Below are positions 38,649 through 48,978 of a stretch of DNA of 64,000 bases, piece after piece (within the stretch, counting starts at the first letter, position 1; each line of letters starts with the position of its first letter). The notes beneath the pieces are model-generated. The model ran no database searches and had not been told where the DNA came from. It saw nothing but the letters and a program-made list of their open reading frames with translations. Both the position numbers and the translations under genes were made by a program. This DNA comes from an uncultured Verrucomicrobiae bacterium (GTDB lineage: Bacteria > Verrucomicrobiota > Verrucomicrobiia > Chthoniobacterales > Chthoniobacteraceae). Where the stretch lies: the NCBI GenBank assembly GCA_963828525.1, contig CAWHEP010000010.1:128001-192000 (forward strand), read 5' to 3'.

Positions 38649-39402
38649 TTACTTCACAAACTTCGCGAAGATCACGTTCGCCTCTTCCAGAGTCTCCTTG
38701 CTGCCGATGTCGAACCAGGTCCCTTTCACCTCATAAGCTTGCACCGGCATCCGGGTATGCAGCCACTGGACAAACCTTCCTGGCTGATCTGGATTATTCC
38801 CCTCCGCGATATACGTGCTGAACATCTTCACGGCGTCGGCGGAGTAATAGTACAACGCGATTCCGGTGACCGTGGAGGTTGGATTCGCCGGCTTCTCCTC
38901 GAATTGCGTCGATCTTCCCGCTCTCATCGATCGTTATGCTGCTGTATTTCTTGATCGTCTCCAGATCTCCCACATCATACGTGGCCAGAGTCGCCGGATA
39001 ATTCTTGGCGTAAGCCGCGAAGCCCTCCAGCGAATCGCTGAACAGATTGTCTCCAGCGACCACAGCCAAATCCGAATCTCCCAGTTTCTCGCTATTCAGC
39101 ACGAAATTGATGTCCCCGATCGCGCCCAGCTTGTCGCTATCGCTCATTGACCCGTCATTTACGATCTTGAAGGACAGCTTTGGCTGCCGCTTCACATAGT
39201 CGTCCGCCCACGCCTGGAACGCCGCCGCGAACTTGTTATTGGTGACCACGTATACCTTTTCGATGTCGGGAACAGGCGCCAGATTATCCAGCACCCATTC
39301 GATCATCGGCTTCCCCGCTACTTCCAGCAGCGGCTTTGCCTTGTTCAGAGTCAGTGGGTAAAGACGCGTCGCGTATCCGGCTGCCAGGATCAGTACATTC
39401 AT
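38649..39402 (-). CDS. Sugar-phosphate nucleotidyltransferase, split by a one-base insertion near 38910
   Basis: ILAAGYATRLYPLT..KPLL in one frame and FEEKP...WFDIG in another; removing one G restores KITQFEEKP. Confidence 0.85.
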
Positions 39403-39567
39403 GATCGCCGACTCTCACGAATGACAACCCGCCCCGACAAGAAAATTCCCGCGTCCCTCGAAAAGTCTTCCCTGCTACTCTTCGCCCGCAAGGGACCGCG
39501 CGGAAATCCGCGCTCCGCTTTAAATTACTCTCCATCCGTCGCATGAGCGGTTACCATCCTCCTCTCC

Positions 39568-40614
39568 ATGAAACTCAAAATTCACGACGTTGCCTTTGGC
39601 GGCAGCGGCGTCGCCCGCGACCAGGGCAAAGTCGTTTTTGTCCCATTCACCATCGCTGGAGAGGAAGTCACGGCGCGTCCTGGCAAAGCGAAAAAGAACT
39701 TTGTGCAAGGGTCTCTCCTTTCCATCGAGTCGCCGTCTCCTCATCGCGTTCTCCCTCGCTGCCCGTACTTCCAACGCTGCGGCGGCTGCTGCTACCAGCA
39801 TATCGCGTATCCTCATCAGTTGGAGATCAAGCAGGCCCAGGTCGAGCAGACCCTTCGGAGGATCGGGCGCATGGAATCCGTTCCCATGCAGCCCATCATC
39901 CCCTCCCCGGATCCATATAACTATCGAAGCCGGGTTCGCGTCCACTCCGCTGAAGGCGTCATTGGCTTTTACGCTTTCGGCAGCCATGAACTGGTGGACA
40001 TCGACTCCTGTCCCATCGCCTCAGACAAGGTTAACGAGGCCCTGCGCCATCTCCGTAACATCAGGGCCGGCGACGGCGATTACACACTCCGCGAGCCAGG
40101 GCGCGCCGAGTTCTTCGAGCAAACAAACGACAAAGTCGCCGCCGAGATGCTCGCGCTCATCCACCGCCTCGTCCGCGACGATCAAAAGCTCCTGATCGAC
40201 GCCTACTGCGGAGCGGGCTTTTTCGCCAAACATCTGCGCGATCGTTTCGAACAGGTTATTGGCATCGAATCATATCCTCCTGCCATTGAGCGCGCGACGA
40301 GCGATGCCGCCCCCAACGAAACCTACGTCTGCGGGGACGTCGCCGAGAATATCGGCTACATGCTTGCGGAAGCTGATCTCGCCCGCACAACCCTGATCCT
40401 CGACCCGCCCGCGGCGGGCATCGCCCCGCGTGTGGTGGATCTCATCTGCGGCTCTCCTCCTCTCGCATTGCTCTACGTTTCCTGCGACGTCGCCACCATG
40501 GCCCGTGACATCGCCTCCCTGCGGGGCGCGTACACCCTTCAATCAGTGACGGCTCTCGATATGTTTCCGCAAACAGCTGAGATTGAAGTGGTGGCCAGCC
40601 TTGCGCGGCTATAG
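39568..40614 (+). CDS. TRAM-domain RNA uracil-C5 methyltransferase (RlmD/TrmA family)
   Basis: CPYFQRCGGC Fe-S motif, DAYCGAG, LDPP, YVSCD, DMFPQT. Confidence 0.9.
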   Translation: MKLKIHDVAFGGSGVARDQGKVVFVPFTIAGEEVTARPGKAKKNFVQGSLLSIESPSPHRVLPRCPYFQRCGGCCYQHIAYPHQLEIKQAQVEQTLRRIGRMESVPMQPIIPSPDPYNYRSRVRVHSAEGVIGFYAFGSHELVDIDSCPIASDKVNEALRHLRNIRAGDGDYTLREPGRAEFFEQTNDKVAAEMLALIHRLVRDDQKLLIDAYCGAGFFAKHLRDRFEQVIGIESYPPAIERATSDAAPNETYVCGDVAENIGYMLAEADLARTTLILDPPAAGIAPRVVDLICGSPPLALLYVSCDVATMARDIASLRGAYTLQSVTALDMFPQTAEIEVVASLARL

Positions 40615-40691
40615 AGATCAGGTCGCTCACAATACGAGACGGTCTCACGCGAAGCCATTGACATCCCCGGCGCCTGACGCCACTGCATAGC

Positions 40692-41744
40692 GTGAACCTC
40701 CGGAAAAGCTTCCTCCTTTTCGTAGGGAGGCAGTCAAAAGAGTGGCTGCTCATCGAGGCCGTCGCGCTGGTCGCCGTGATTGGGGTGCTGGACTACGCGA
40801 CCGGCTACGAGGTTTCGTTTTTCCCCTTCTACTCAATCCCCATTCTCCTGGTGCTCTGGCTGGCCGGCACAGCGCCCGCTGTGTTCATCTGTGTTTTGAG
40901 CGCGCTCGCCTGGTGGTGCGCCGACCGCGCCACCGGCCATGTATATTCGCGGGAGTGGCTAAGATTGTGGGATTCCATCGTTCGCCTAATGTTCTTTTAC
41001 TTGATCCTTCTCGCTGGAGCCAACGTCAGGCGCCAGCGAGACGTAAATCGAGCTCGTATAGAACTCCTGGAGCGTTCCCAGAAACTGGAACAGGACATCA
41101 TCGCCACCAGTGAGAGAGAACAACAACGCATCGGGCGCGATCTGCACGACAGTCTCGGCCAGCATCTCGTTGCCATCGCGCTGGCTGCTGACTCGCTGAA
41201 GGACGCTCTTGTCACTGAGTCGCCGGGCCCTGCGAAATCCGTCGGACAGCTAGCTGATCTGCTGCATGGAGCCGTCACGCTCACTCGCGATCTCGCCAGG
41301 GGTCTTTCTCCGGTGGACAGAGATGAAGGAGGCCTCGCTTCCGCTCTCGAGCAACTCGTCACCCGAACCGCGCGTCTCTCTGGCATCCCATGTATTTTTC
41401 ACGCCGAGGGAACCTTGGATTTTCTCGACAATGCCGAGGCCGTTCATATCTATCGCATCGCTCAGGAAGCGTTGAATAATGCAATTAAACATGCCCGGCC
41501 TTCTTCCGTGCTCGTTGCTTTAGCCACGCGCCAGGACTGCGTCCACCTGGAAGTAAAGGACGATGGAATCGGGATGGATCCCGTGCAATCTTCGAGCGCG
41601 GGAATGGGTTTGAATATCATGCGCTACCGGGCCCGAATGCTTGGCGGTTCATTGGAGATCGAACGTTCAGGGACGGGCGGCACTCTCGTATCTTGCGTCA
41701 TACGTCCATCCTCTTCAGCAAATGAGAACAAGCTCTCTCTATGA
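40692..41744 (+). CDS. Membrane sensor histidine kinase (HisKA_3)
   Basis: ERE..RIGRDLHDSLGQ, QEALNNAIKH, DDGIG, GMGL. Confidence 0.92.
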   Translation: MNLRKSFLLFVGRQSKEWLLIEAVALVAVIGVLDYATGYEVSFFPFYSIPILLVLWLAGTAPAVFICVLSALAWWCADRATGHVYSREWLRLWDSIVRLMFFYLILLAGANVRRQRDVNRARIELLERSQKLEQDIIATSEREQQRIGRDLHDSLGQHLVAIALAADSLKDALVTESPGPAKSVGQLADLLHGAVTLTRDLARGLSPVDRDEGGLASALEQLVTRTARLSGIPCIFHAEGTLDFLDNAEAVHIYRIAQEALNNAIKHARPSSVLVALATRQDCVHLEVKDDGIGMDPVQSSSAGMGLNIMRYRARMLGGSLEIERSGTGGTLVSCVIRPSSSANENKLSL

Positions 41745-42397
41745 ACGATAAAAAACGTCTGCTCATCATTGAGGATCATCCGATGGTTCGGGAACGTTTG
41801 AGCGAGTTGGTCAACCGCGAGAGCGATATGGAGGTCTGCGGCGAAGCCGATGATGCTTCCGCGGGCATCGATCTCGTTGTGGCTCTCTCTCCAGATATGG
41901 TCATCCTGGATCTCACGCTGAAGTCCTCGAGCGGCCTGGAGATGGTGAAGACGCTTCGCGCCCGCTCAATCACCACCCCGATTTTGATTGTCTCAATGCA
42001 TGAGGAATCCCTCTACGCGCAGCGCGCGCTCAGGGCGGGAGCGGATGGCTACATTTCGAAAAACAGTTCTTCGGGCGAAGTCATTGCGGCGGCTCGCCAG
42101 GTTCTCCAGGGCAAGATCTATCTTTCTGCCTCGATGACAGCTTCCGTGTTGCACAAGCTCACTCCGCGGCGTTCCGATTCGGACACCGCGCGCTCCGTGG
42201 AGAAGTTGAGCGATAGAGAACTCCTGGTGCTGCAAATGATTGGCAGCGGACGCGCCACGCGCGCCATCGCGGAGGCTATCGGCGTCGGGCGCGCCACAGT
42301 GGAAACCTATCGCGCGCGCATAAAAGAGAAAATGAATCTTAAAGACGCGTTCGAGCTCCAGCACTTCGCCATCAGGTGGCTCAATAGAGCTGACTAG
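41741..42397 (+). CDS. NarL/FixJ-family response regulator
   Basis: REC domain (IEDH, ILDL) plus LuxR HTH (LSDRE, TVETYR); ATG overlaps the kinase stop. Confidence 0.93.
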   Translation: MNDKKRLLIIEDHPMVRERLSELVNRESDMEVCGEADDASAGIDLVVALSPDMVILDLTLKSSSGLEMVKTLRARSITTPILIVSMHEESLYAQRALRAGADGYISKNSSSGEVIAAARQVLQGKIYLSASMTASVLHKLTPRRSDSDTARSVEKLSDRELLVLQMIGSGRATRAIAEAIGVGRATVETYRARIKEKMNLKDAFELQHFAIRWLNRAD

Positions 42398-42524
42398 TGG
42401 CGTATTTTATACCGGCGGTCGTTTGGCGTGTACACTTTAAGGTAGGCTGCTCATTACGCCCCTGAAGTGAATCCCACTACACCCTGTCGGCCCTGACCAA
42501 CGCCGTTGTTTTATGAGTGTCTGC

Positions 42525-42540
42525 TGGCATGGCCATTGCT
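42525..42540 (+). promoter_or_regulatory. Sigma54 promoter upstream of amtB-glnK
   Basis: TGGCAT-GGCCA-TTGCT; nitrogen-gene context. Confidence 0.8.
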
Positions 42541-42633
42541 TGGGCACCGCAACACGTCACATAGGCGTTCGCAAAGGCATGCGTAACCACAAAAACCAAC
42601 CAAAACAAAGCTAGAGCCAAAAAGAAGCAATAT

Positions 42634-43647
42634 ACGAAACGATTTATCGAAAAAATACGCGATCCCGCGCAAGCAAGGCTGTTCCTCGCCATCTTCGGCG
42701 GGAAAATCCTGGCCAGCAACAGGTGCCGCCGCGCCGGCTGCCGCCGCTCCAGCAGCTCCCGACGTGCCTAATCCGCCATACGTTAACCCTATTAACACAA
42801 TGTGGGTGCTCATCACGGCATTCCTGGTGTTTTTCATGCACGCGGGCTTCATGTTCCTTGAAGCTGGTTTTGCAAGAACCCGTGAGACCGTAAACGTGCT
42901 CCTGGAAGGCATCGTCGATACCTGTCTTTGCGGCATCCTGTTCTGGGCGTGGGGCTTCGCGTGGATGTTTTTGGGAGCCATCATCCTCTGGTCGGCTGGT
43001 ATGGCTTCAATCCGGGGAGCACGCTTTCCGCGATGGATTTCCAGGGCGTGGCGCGCGTCGCGACCAACACAACCCTCGCGGCCTGCGCTGGAGGTCTCGC
43101 CGGACTGCTGTTCGTTTACCCTCGTTCCAAGAAATGGGACTGCGGCATGACGCTCAACGGGCTTCTTGCCGGCCTCGTGGCAATCACCTGTCCCTGTTAC
43201 TGGGTCTCGCCATTCGGCGCGATCATGATCGGCCTTGTCGCAGGTGTGGTCGTGGTGCTTGGCACCGATCTTCTCGAGTTCCTGCGTATTGATGATCCCT
43301 GCGGGGCGTGGCCTGTTCATGGCCTCGCCGGCATGTGGGGCACCTGGAGTCTCGGCCTTTTCGCTACAGGCGAATACGGAGCTTCCACCCCCACAGGCGC
43401 GGACACGTCCGCGGCCTCATTGGTGAAAGGCCTCTTCTACGGTGGAGGCACCGATCAACTGGTGGCTCAGATTATCGGAAACTTGTCCATCGGCGTGGGC
43501 GTCTTCGTCGCCGCCATGGTGCTGATGTATGCCGTCAAGGCGACCGGCACTCTCAGGGTCTCCCAACAAGGCGAGGAAGAGGGTCTCGATATCCACGAAC
43601 ACGGTGGCGAAGCCTATCCAGAAGCGGTGACGTCCTCCAGGTCGTAA
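42634..43647 (+). pseudogene. amtB: Ammonium transporter pseudogene
   Basis: LVFFMHAGF..LEAG, GWYGFNPGS, NGLLAGLVAIT, IDDP..AWPVHG and GLDIHEHG motifs. Lesions: apparent ACG start, frameshift near 42712, large internal deletion near 42970, one-base deletion near 42992. Confidence 0.88.
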
Positions 43648-43721
43648 CCAACACAAACTTCAGGTTTGGCCCCTTGCGGATTGTTAGTGGGTTTTCGCGA
43701 GGGGCCAGCCTGGACCGTTAA

Positions 43722-44078
<357 letters not shown>

Positions 44079-44093
44079 CGGCAACCAAGTCAT

Positions 44094-44130
44094 GGGAGCA
44101 GCGGGGCGCGATATGCTCCGCTGCTCCCTT
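44094..44130 (+). terminator. Hairpin/putative terminator after glnK
   Basis: GGGAGCAGCGGGGC / GCTCCGCTGCTCCC 14-bp stem; only a short U-tract. Confidence 0.55.
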
Positions 44131-44214
44131 CGCCGCGCTAAATCGTTCACCCGCGATTTGACGTTCTGTTCAAACGTCCCCACAGTCCCCCAAGTTGATT
44201 ACCTCGGACGTCAA

Positions 44215-46038
44215 TTGGATTTAGGCATAGGAGAAGGACACCGGCCCCGCAACGTGGGCTGGGCCCGCGCGGCCGCCCTTCTTTACGGCGATTGGGGCAC
44301 GAGCAAAGCCTATGTTCTGGGACTTGCCTTTGCTGTCGCTGGCTTCTCCTCGCTGCCGATCATCCTGGCAGTCTGCGCCCTTACAGGCCTGGTCGGCATA
44401 AACTACGCCGTCATTTGCTCCTATTTCCCCGATGGCGGGGGAGTCTATTCCGCCGCCCGTTCTCAAGGCCGCCTGCTGGCGGTGCTCGGCGCCCTTCTCC
44501 TGGTCGCCGATCTCACTGTCACCGCGGCTCTCAGCGGGTGGTCTGCCCTCAGCTACTTCAACGTTCCTTTCCTGAAGGAACATATTGTATTCTCCACGAT
44601 AGGTGTCCTCGTCTTTATGGGCTGGGTTAACTGGTATGGCCCGAAGCATAGCGGAGGTGTCGCGGTCATCCTCTCCGTGCCGACCGTGCTTGTCGTGTTG
44701 GTGCTCATTCTGGTCAGTCTCCCGCACCTTACCTTTGCGCATCTCGAACCCATGCGCGAGAAGCCCAGCTTGGTGTGGGTGCAGTTCGTCGGCACAATCC
44801 TCGCGCTGAGCGGCGTCGAGGCCATTGCAAACCTCACCGGTGTCATGAAGCTGGACCCTGGATCAACGAGCGCGAATCCCAAGGTTGGCCGTGAGGCTGC
44901 CAGGGCGATCTGGCCGGTGGCGGTTGAGGTCGTCGGAGGCACCGCCCTCCTTGGCTGGGCGATGCTTTCCCTGCCTAAAAGCCTGAAGGCCATCATGGTC
45001 GGCCGCACCGACGATATGCTTCGCCTCGTCGCCGAGCAGTTCGGCTCGATGACCATCTCACCCGGCTTCGGTCACGTGTTTGGCTGGATCGTCGGCGTCG
45101 TTTTTTTCCTGCTGCTCCTCAGCGCCGCCAATACCGCGATCGTCGCGATGATCGGCCTGCTTTACATGATGGCGAGAGACGAGGAAATGCCACGCCAGTT
45201 CAAGCGCTTGAACAAGCACGGCGTTCCTTTGGTGCCTCTTCTTATCTCCGTTATTCTTCCAATCATTGTCCTGACTTTCTCCGCCGATTTTCAGGCTCTC
45301 GCCGGACTGTACGCGATCGGCGTTGTCGGCGCGATCACCGTTAATCTTGGTTCATGCGCTTTTAATCGCGGCATTCCGTTCACATGGTACGATCGCGGCC
45401 TCTTCGCGGTGACCTTCGCGGTCCTCTTTGCCGTCGAACTCACCCTCGCCCGCACGAAACCTGACGCCCTTTTCTTCGTGCTTTGCGTTCTCGGCGTCGG
45501 TCTCGGTTTGCGCGCCTACACGCAGAAGATACAGGGTTTGACGACCCTCACTGTCACTCGCGAGGTGGCGCAGATGGTGAACGCGCAAACGATCGCGTCA
45601 TTGCGACCGGAGTTCCGGGAAGGCCAGAAGATCATGGTTGCCGCCCGCGGTATCACGCCGGTTCTCCGCTTTGCTCTGGACGAGGCTCAGCTCCGCGGAG
45701 CGATGCTCTTTGTTCTCTATGTAAAAGAGCTTGCCGTCTTCGCCCCCGCTGCGCTCCCGAGAGGCCGCTCCCGATGGCAGGATGACTCACACGCCGCCAC
45801 CATCATGTCGCTGATGGTTCAGATCGGGCAGGAACGCGGCATTAAAGTCGTGCCGGTGTATACCGTCAGCGATGACCCCTCGGCCACCATCCTTGATTTT
45901 TCCGCTACCTTCGGGATCGATTATCTGATGCTGGGGGCTTCGCACAGGATCTCCATGACGAAGCTTCTGAAGGGCAGTGTGGTGGAAACAGTCGCCGCGG
46001 GGCTGCCCGAGGAAATACAGTTGATTATCCATAGCTGA
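44215..46038 (+). CDS. APC-superfamily permease with C-terminal USP-like domain
   Basis: LYGDWGTS, GGGVY, LSGVEAIAN, many TM helices, C-terminal LLKGSVVETV; start uncertain (TTG at 44215 chosen). Confidence 0.85.
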   Translation: MDLGIGEGHRPRNVGWARAAALLYGDWGTSKAYVLGLAFAVAGFSSLPIILAVCALTGLVGINYAVICSYFPDGGGVYSAARSQGRLLAVLGALLLVADLTVTAALSGWSALSYFNVPFLKEHIVFSTIGVLVFMGWVNWYGPKHSGGVAVILSVPTVLVVLVLILVSLPHLTFAHLEPMREKPSLVWVQFVGTILALSGVEAIANLTGVMKLDPGSTSANPKVGREAARAIWPVAVEVVGGTALLGWAMLSLPKSLKAIMVGRTDDMLRLVAEQFGSMTISPGFGHVFGWIVGVVFFLLLLSAANTAIVAMIGLLYMMARDEEMPRQFKRLNKHGVPLVPLLISVILPIIVLTFSADFQALAGLYAIGVVGAITVNLGSCAFNRGIPFTWYDRGLFAVTFAVLFAVELTLARTKPDALFFVLCVLGVGLGLRAYTQKIQGLTTLTVTREVAQMVNAQTIASLRPEFREGQKIMVAARGITPVLRFALDEAQLRGAMLFVLYVKELAVFAPAALPRGRSRWQDDSHAATIMSLMVQIGQERGIKVVPVYTVSDDPSATILDFSATFGIDYLMLGASHRISMTKLLKGSVVETVAAGLPEEIQLIIHS

Positions 46039-46122
46039 ATCCGTCTTCCGCATGGACGCGCGAGTAATCCCGGCCTATTCCGCATTGATACGCGCCCAAA
46101 CTCCCGTTACATCTCCTCACCT

Positions 46123-46855
46123 ATGGGACGTCAATGGCTCCATGCAAAACGCGAAGTCGCCGGCCTCAAGAAAGGCCAGCTCGTCGGTAAACTCGTTAAA
46201 GAAATGATGGTCGCCGCCAAGCTGGGCGGCCCGGACATCGATGGCAACGCCCGCCTCTTTGCCGCGGTCGAAAAAGCCCGCCGCGCGAGTGTCAGTCGAG
46301 ACGTGATAGAGCGAGCCATCAAAAAAGGAGCCGGCATCGGGGGCGAAAAGCTCGTCCTCGACCACCTGGTCTTCGAAGGCTACGCCCCGCACAAGGTGCC
46401 CGTGATTGTCGAAGTCCTCACGGACAATAACAATCGCACCGCGCCGGAAATTCGCGTCTTGTTCAAGCGCGGACAGCTCGGCGCCGCCGGGAAGCAACAA
46501 ATTCCTCTTCGATCATGTAGGCCTGGTTGAGGCGCACCACGCCGATAGCAACGTTGATCTCGAGACAGCCGCCATCGAGGCCGGCGCAAACGATTTTAGC
46601 CCTCTGTCCCATGTGGAGAATGACGACATCCCGGCGGATCGCGTCGGCGCTCGCTTCGTCACAGATCGCGCGGCCTGCGCCGCCGTTTCGAAATGGCTCG
46701 CCGCAAACGGCTGGACTGTTGTCACTAGCGAGCTTGGCTACACAGCCAAGCAGTTCCCCTCCCTCTCTGACGAAGATCGCGCCGATGTCGGCGAGTTCCT
46801 GCAAATTCTCGACGATCACGATGATGTGCATCGCGTCTGGGCCGCGCTCAAATAA
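46123..46855 (+). CDS. yebC: YebC/PmpR-family protein, split by an extra G at 46488-46490
   Basis: MGRQW, IERAIKKG, EGYAP, LTDNNNRT, LDDHDDV; removing one G gives GAAGSNKFLF. Confidence 0.88.
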
Positions 46856-46977
46856 GAGCATTGATCCCGGCCTCCGCGCCACCGGGTAGAGATTCGCCGC
46901 TTCCGCGCTACTCTTCTCCGCCTTGACTTCCCCCGCGTCGAATTTAACATTACGCCCTTTCCGGTTTGCTCTATTTG

Positions 46978-47973
46978 ATGCGTCTATTCCTCACTACCTG
47001 CCTCCTGCTCTGCTCCGTTTGCGGGCTCCTTGCTGTCGAGCACGCCGCCAACAGCACATCTCCAAAGACCAAGGATGCTACAGCCGTCCTCGATGGCATG
47101 GCCGCGGTCGTGAACGGCGACGTCGTCACCTTCTCTCAGGTTCGCGATATCGTTGAACAGCGTGAGAAGGCTCTTCGCAGCCAGTACAAGGGCCAGGAGC
47201 TCATCGACAAGATCAAGCAAGTCCGTCTTGACGCCGTTAACGACCTCATAGATCGCCAGCTCATCCTGCAGGAATTTCGGAAGAACAAATTCGCAATCCC
47301 CGACTACATCGTGGACGAGCAGGTTCAGGGCATTATTCGCAACGATTTTGGCGGCAACCGCGCTGCTTTCATGCGCACGCTCGAGGCACAAGGCTACACG
47401 CTGGACAAAGTGCGGAACAACGAGCGGGAGAAAGTCATTGTTCAGGCGATGAGCCAGAAAAATGCGCAGTCAAACCTCATTATCCCTCCCCATAAAGTCG
47501 AGGAGTATTACCACGCTCATCGGGATGCGTACACCTCGCAGGAGCAGGTCCATCTCAGGATGATCGTCATCAAGAAGGACTCCACAAATCTTGCCGAGAG
47601 CAGCCTCAAGATGGCTGAAGAGATTCGCCAGAAGATCGAAGCGGGAGCGGACTTCGCGAAAATGGCGGAAATGTATTCCGAGGATAGCGCTCAGGGCGCT
47701 GGCGGCGATTGGGGCTGGATCGACCATCACACGCTTAACGATACCCTCAACAAGACAGCCTTCTCCTTGAAAGCCGGCAAAGTCAGCCATCCCATCGAAA
47801 TGGAAGGCAATGTTTACCTCCTTTTCTGCGAAGCCCGGAAGGAAGCAACGACCAAACCCCTCTCCGCTGTTCGTGACGATATCGAGAAACAACTCATTAT
47901 GGATCAGCGTCAGGAGCTTCGTCAAAAGTGGCTGGCCGGTCTTCGCAAAAAAGCTTACATAAAGATCTACTAA
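46978..47973 (+). CDS. surA: SurA-like chaperone/parvulin peptidyl-prolyl isomerase
   Basis: Signal peptide, AAVVNGDVVT, FAKMAEMYSED..GGDWGW; precedes pdxA. Confidence 0.85.
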   Translation: MRLFLTTCLLLCSVCGLLAVEHAANSTSPKTKDATAVLDGMAAVVNGDVVTFSQVRDIVEQREKALRSQYKGQELIDKIKQVRLDAVNDLIDRQLILQEFRKNKFAIPDYIVDEQVQGIIRNDFGGNRAAFMRTLEAQGYTLDKVRNNEREKVIVQAMSQKNAQSNLIIPPHKVEEYYHAHRDAYTSQEQVHLRMIVIKKDSTNLAESSLKMAEEIRQKIEAGADFAKMAEMYSEDSAQGAGGDWGWIDHHTLNDTLNKTAFSLKAGKVSHPIEMEGNVYLLFCEARKEATTKPLSAVRDDIEKQLIMDQRQELRQKWLAGLRKKAYIKIY

Positions 47974-47997
47974 CCGGGCAGTCCCGGTTGCGCGTTT

Positions 47998-48888
47998 GTG
48001 ATCCCCTCCATCGCCATCACCCTCGGTGATGCGGCGGGCATTGGCCCCGAGATCGTCTCCGCTGCTCTTGCCTCCGGCCACTTAAACCCCAACTTCTCTT
48101 ACCGGGTTCTTGGCGACTGTCAGGGCGTTATTCCCGGCCAGCCGACACCCGACACCGCCCGCGGCGCTCTCCTCGCTCTTGAGCAGTCCGCCCTCCTCGC
48201 CAATTCGGGCGAAGTCGCCGCCGTTGCCACCGGCCCCATCCACAAGGCCCGCATGCGAGAGATTGGGTTCCCTTTTCCTGGCCAGACGGAATTCTTCGCC
48301 GCGCGCTCCAACACCTCCGACTTCGCCATGCTTCTCGCAGGCGGCGGTCTTACTGTCGCGCTCGTCACTGCCCACCTTCCCCTTCGCCTCGTCCCCTCCA
48401 GCCTCCTCCAGCCCGAGATCGTCAGGGTCGGTTGCCTCCTTGCAGGTCATCTTTTTGCCTGTGGCATCGCGTTGCCCCGCGTCGCCGTCGCTGGCCTCAA
48501 CCCCCACGCCGGGGAATCCGGTCTCCTCGGCGACGAAGAACAAACGATCATCGCCCCAGCCATCGCTCAACTCTCCACCTTATGGCAGTCCCGCGTCACT
48601 TTTGCCGGTCCGCTTTCCCCGGACACAGTATTCCATCGCGCCAACCTGGGAGAGTTTGACGCCGTCCTCTGCATGTATCACGACCAAGGTCTTATTCCCC
48701 TCAAGCTCCTTGGCTTCGATTCCGGCGTAAACGTCACACTCGGACTCCCCTTCATCCGAACCAGCCCAGATCACGGCACCGCCTTCGAGATTGCCGGCCG
48801 GGCAATCGCCTCCCCCGCCAGCATGATCGCCGCCATAAACCTCGCCGCCACCCTCGCCCTTGCTAAACCGGGTAGAGGGCGTCCGTGA
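47998..48888 (+). CDS. pdxA: 4-hydroxythreonine-4-phosphate dehydrogenase
   Basis: GDAAGIGPE, GLNPHAGE, MYHDQG, RTSPDHGTA. Confidence 0.95.
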   Translation: MIPSIAITLGDAAGIGPEIVSAALASGHLNPNFSYRVLGDCQGVIPGQPTPDTARGALLALEQSALLANSGEVAAVATGPIHKARMREIGFPFPGQTEFFAARSNTSDFAMLLAGGGLTVALVTAHLPLRLVPSSLLQPEIVRVGCLLAGHLFACGIALPRVAVAGLNPHAGESGLLGDEEQTIIAPAIAQLSTLWQSRVTFAGPLSPDTVFHRANLGEFDAVLCMYHDQGLIPLKLLGFDSGVNVTLGLPFIRTSPDHGTAFEIAGRAIASPASMIAAINLAATLALAKPGRGRP

Positions 48889-48934
48889 CTCTAGACTCAT
48901 CCACTCTATTTCTTAAATCCAAGCCCTAGCTTGG

Positions 48935-48976
48935 AACCACACTTTACTTTTAGACGTCTTAAAGTAAAGTGTGGTT
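48935..48976. repeat. 42-bp AT-rich near-perfect palindrome (extendable to 48932-48979)
   Basis: AACCACACTTTACTTTTAGACGTCTTAAAGTAAAGTGTGGTT, with one mismatched pair (48951/48960). Confidence 0.95.
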
Positions 48977-48978
48977 TC

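Noticed and set aside
46480..46500. Programmed frameshift in yebC
   Set aside because: No recognisable slippery heptamer or stimulatory structure; an extra G in a short run is the simpler explanation.
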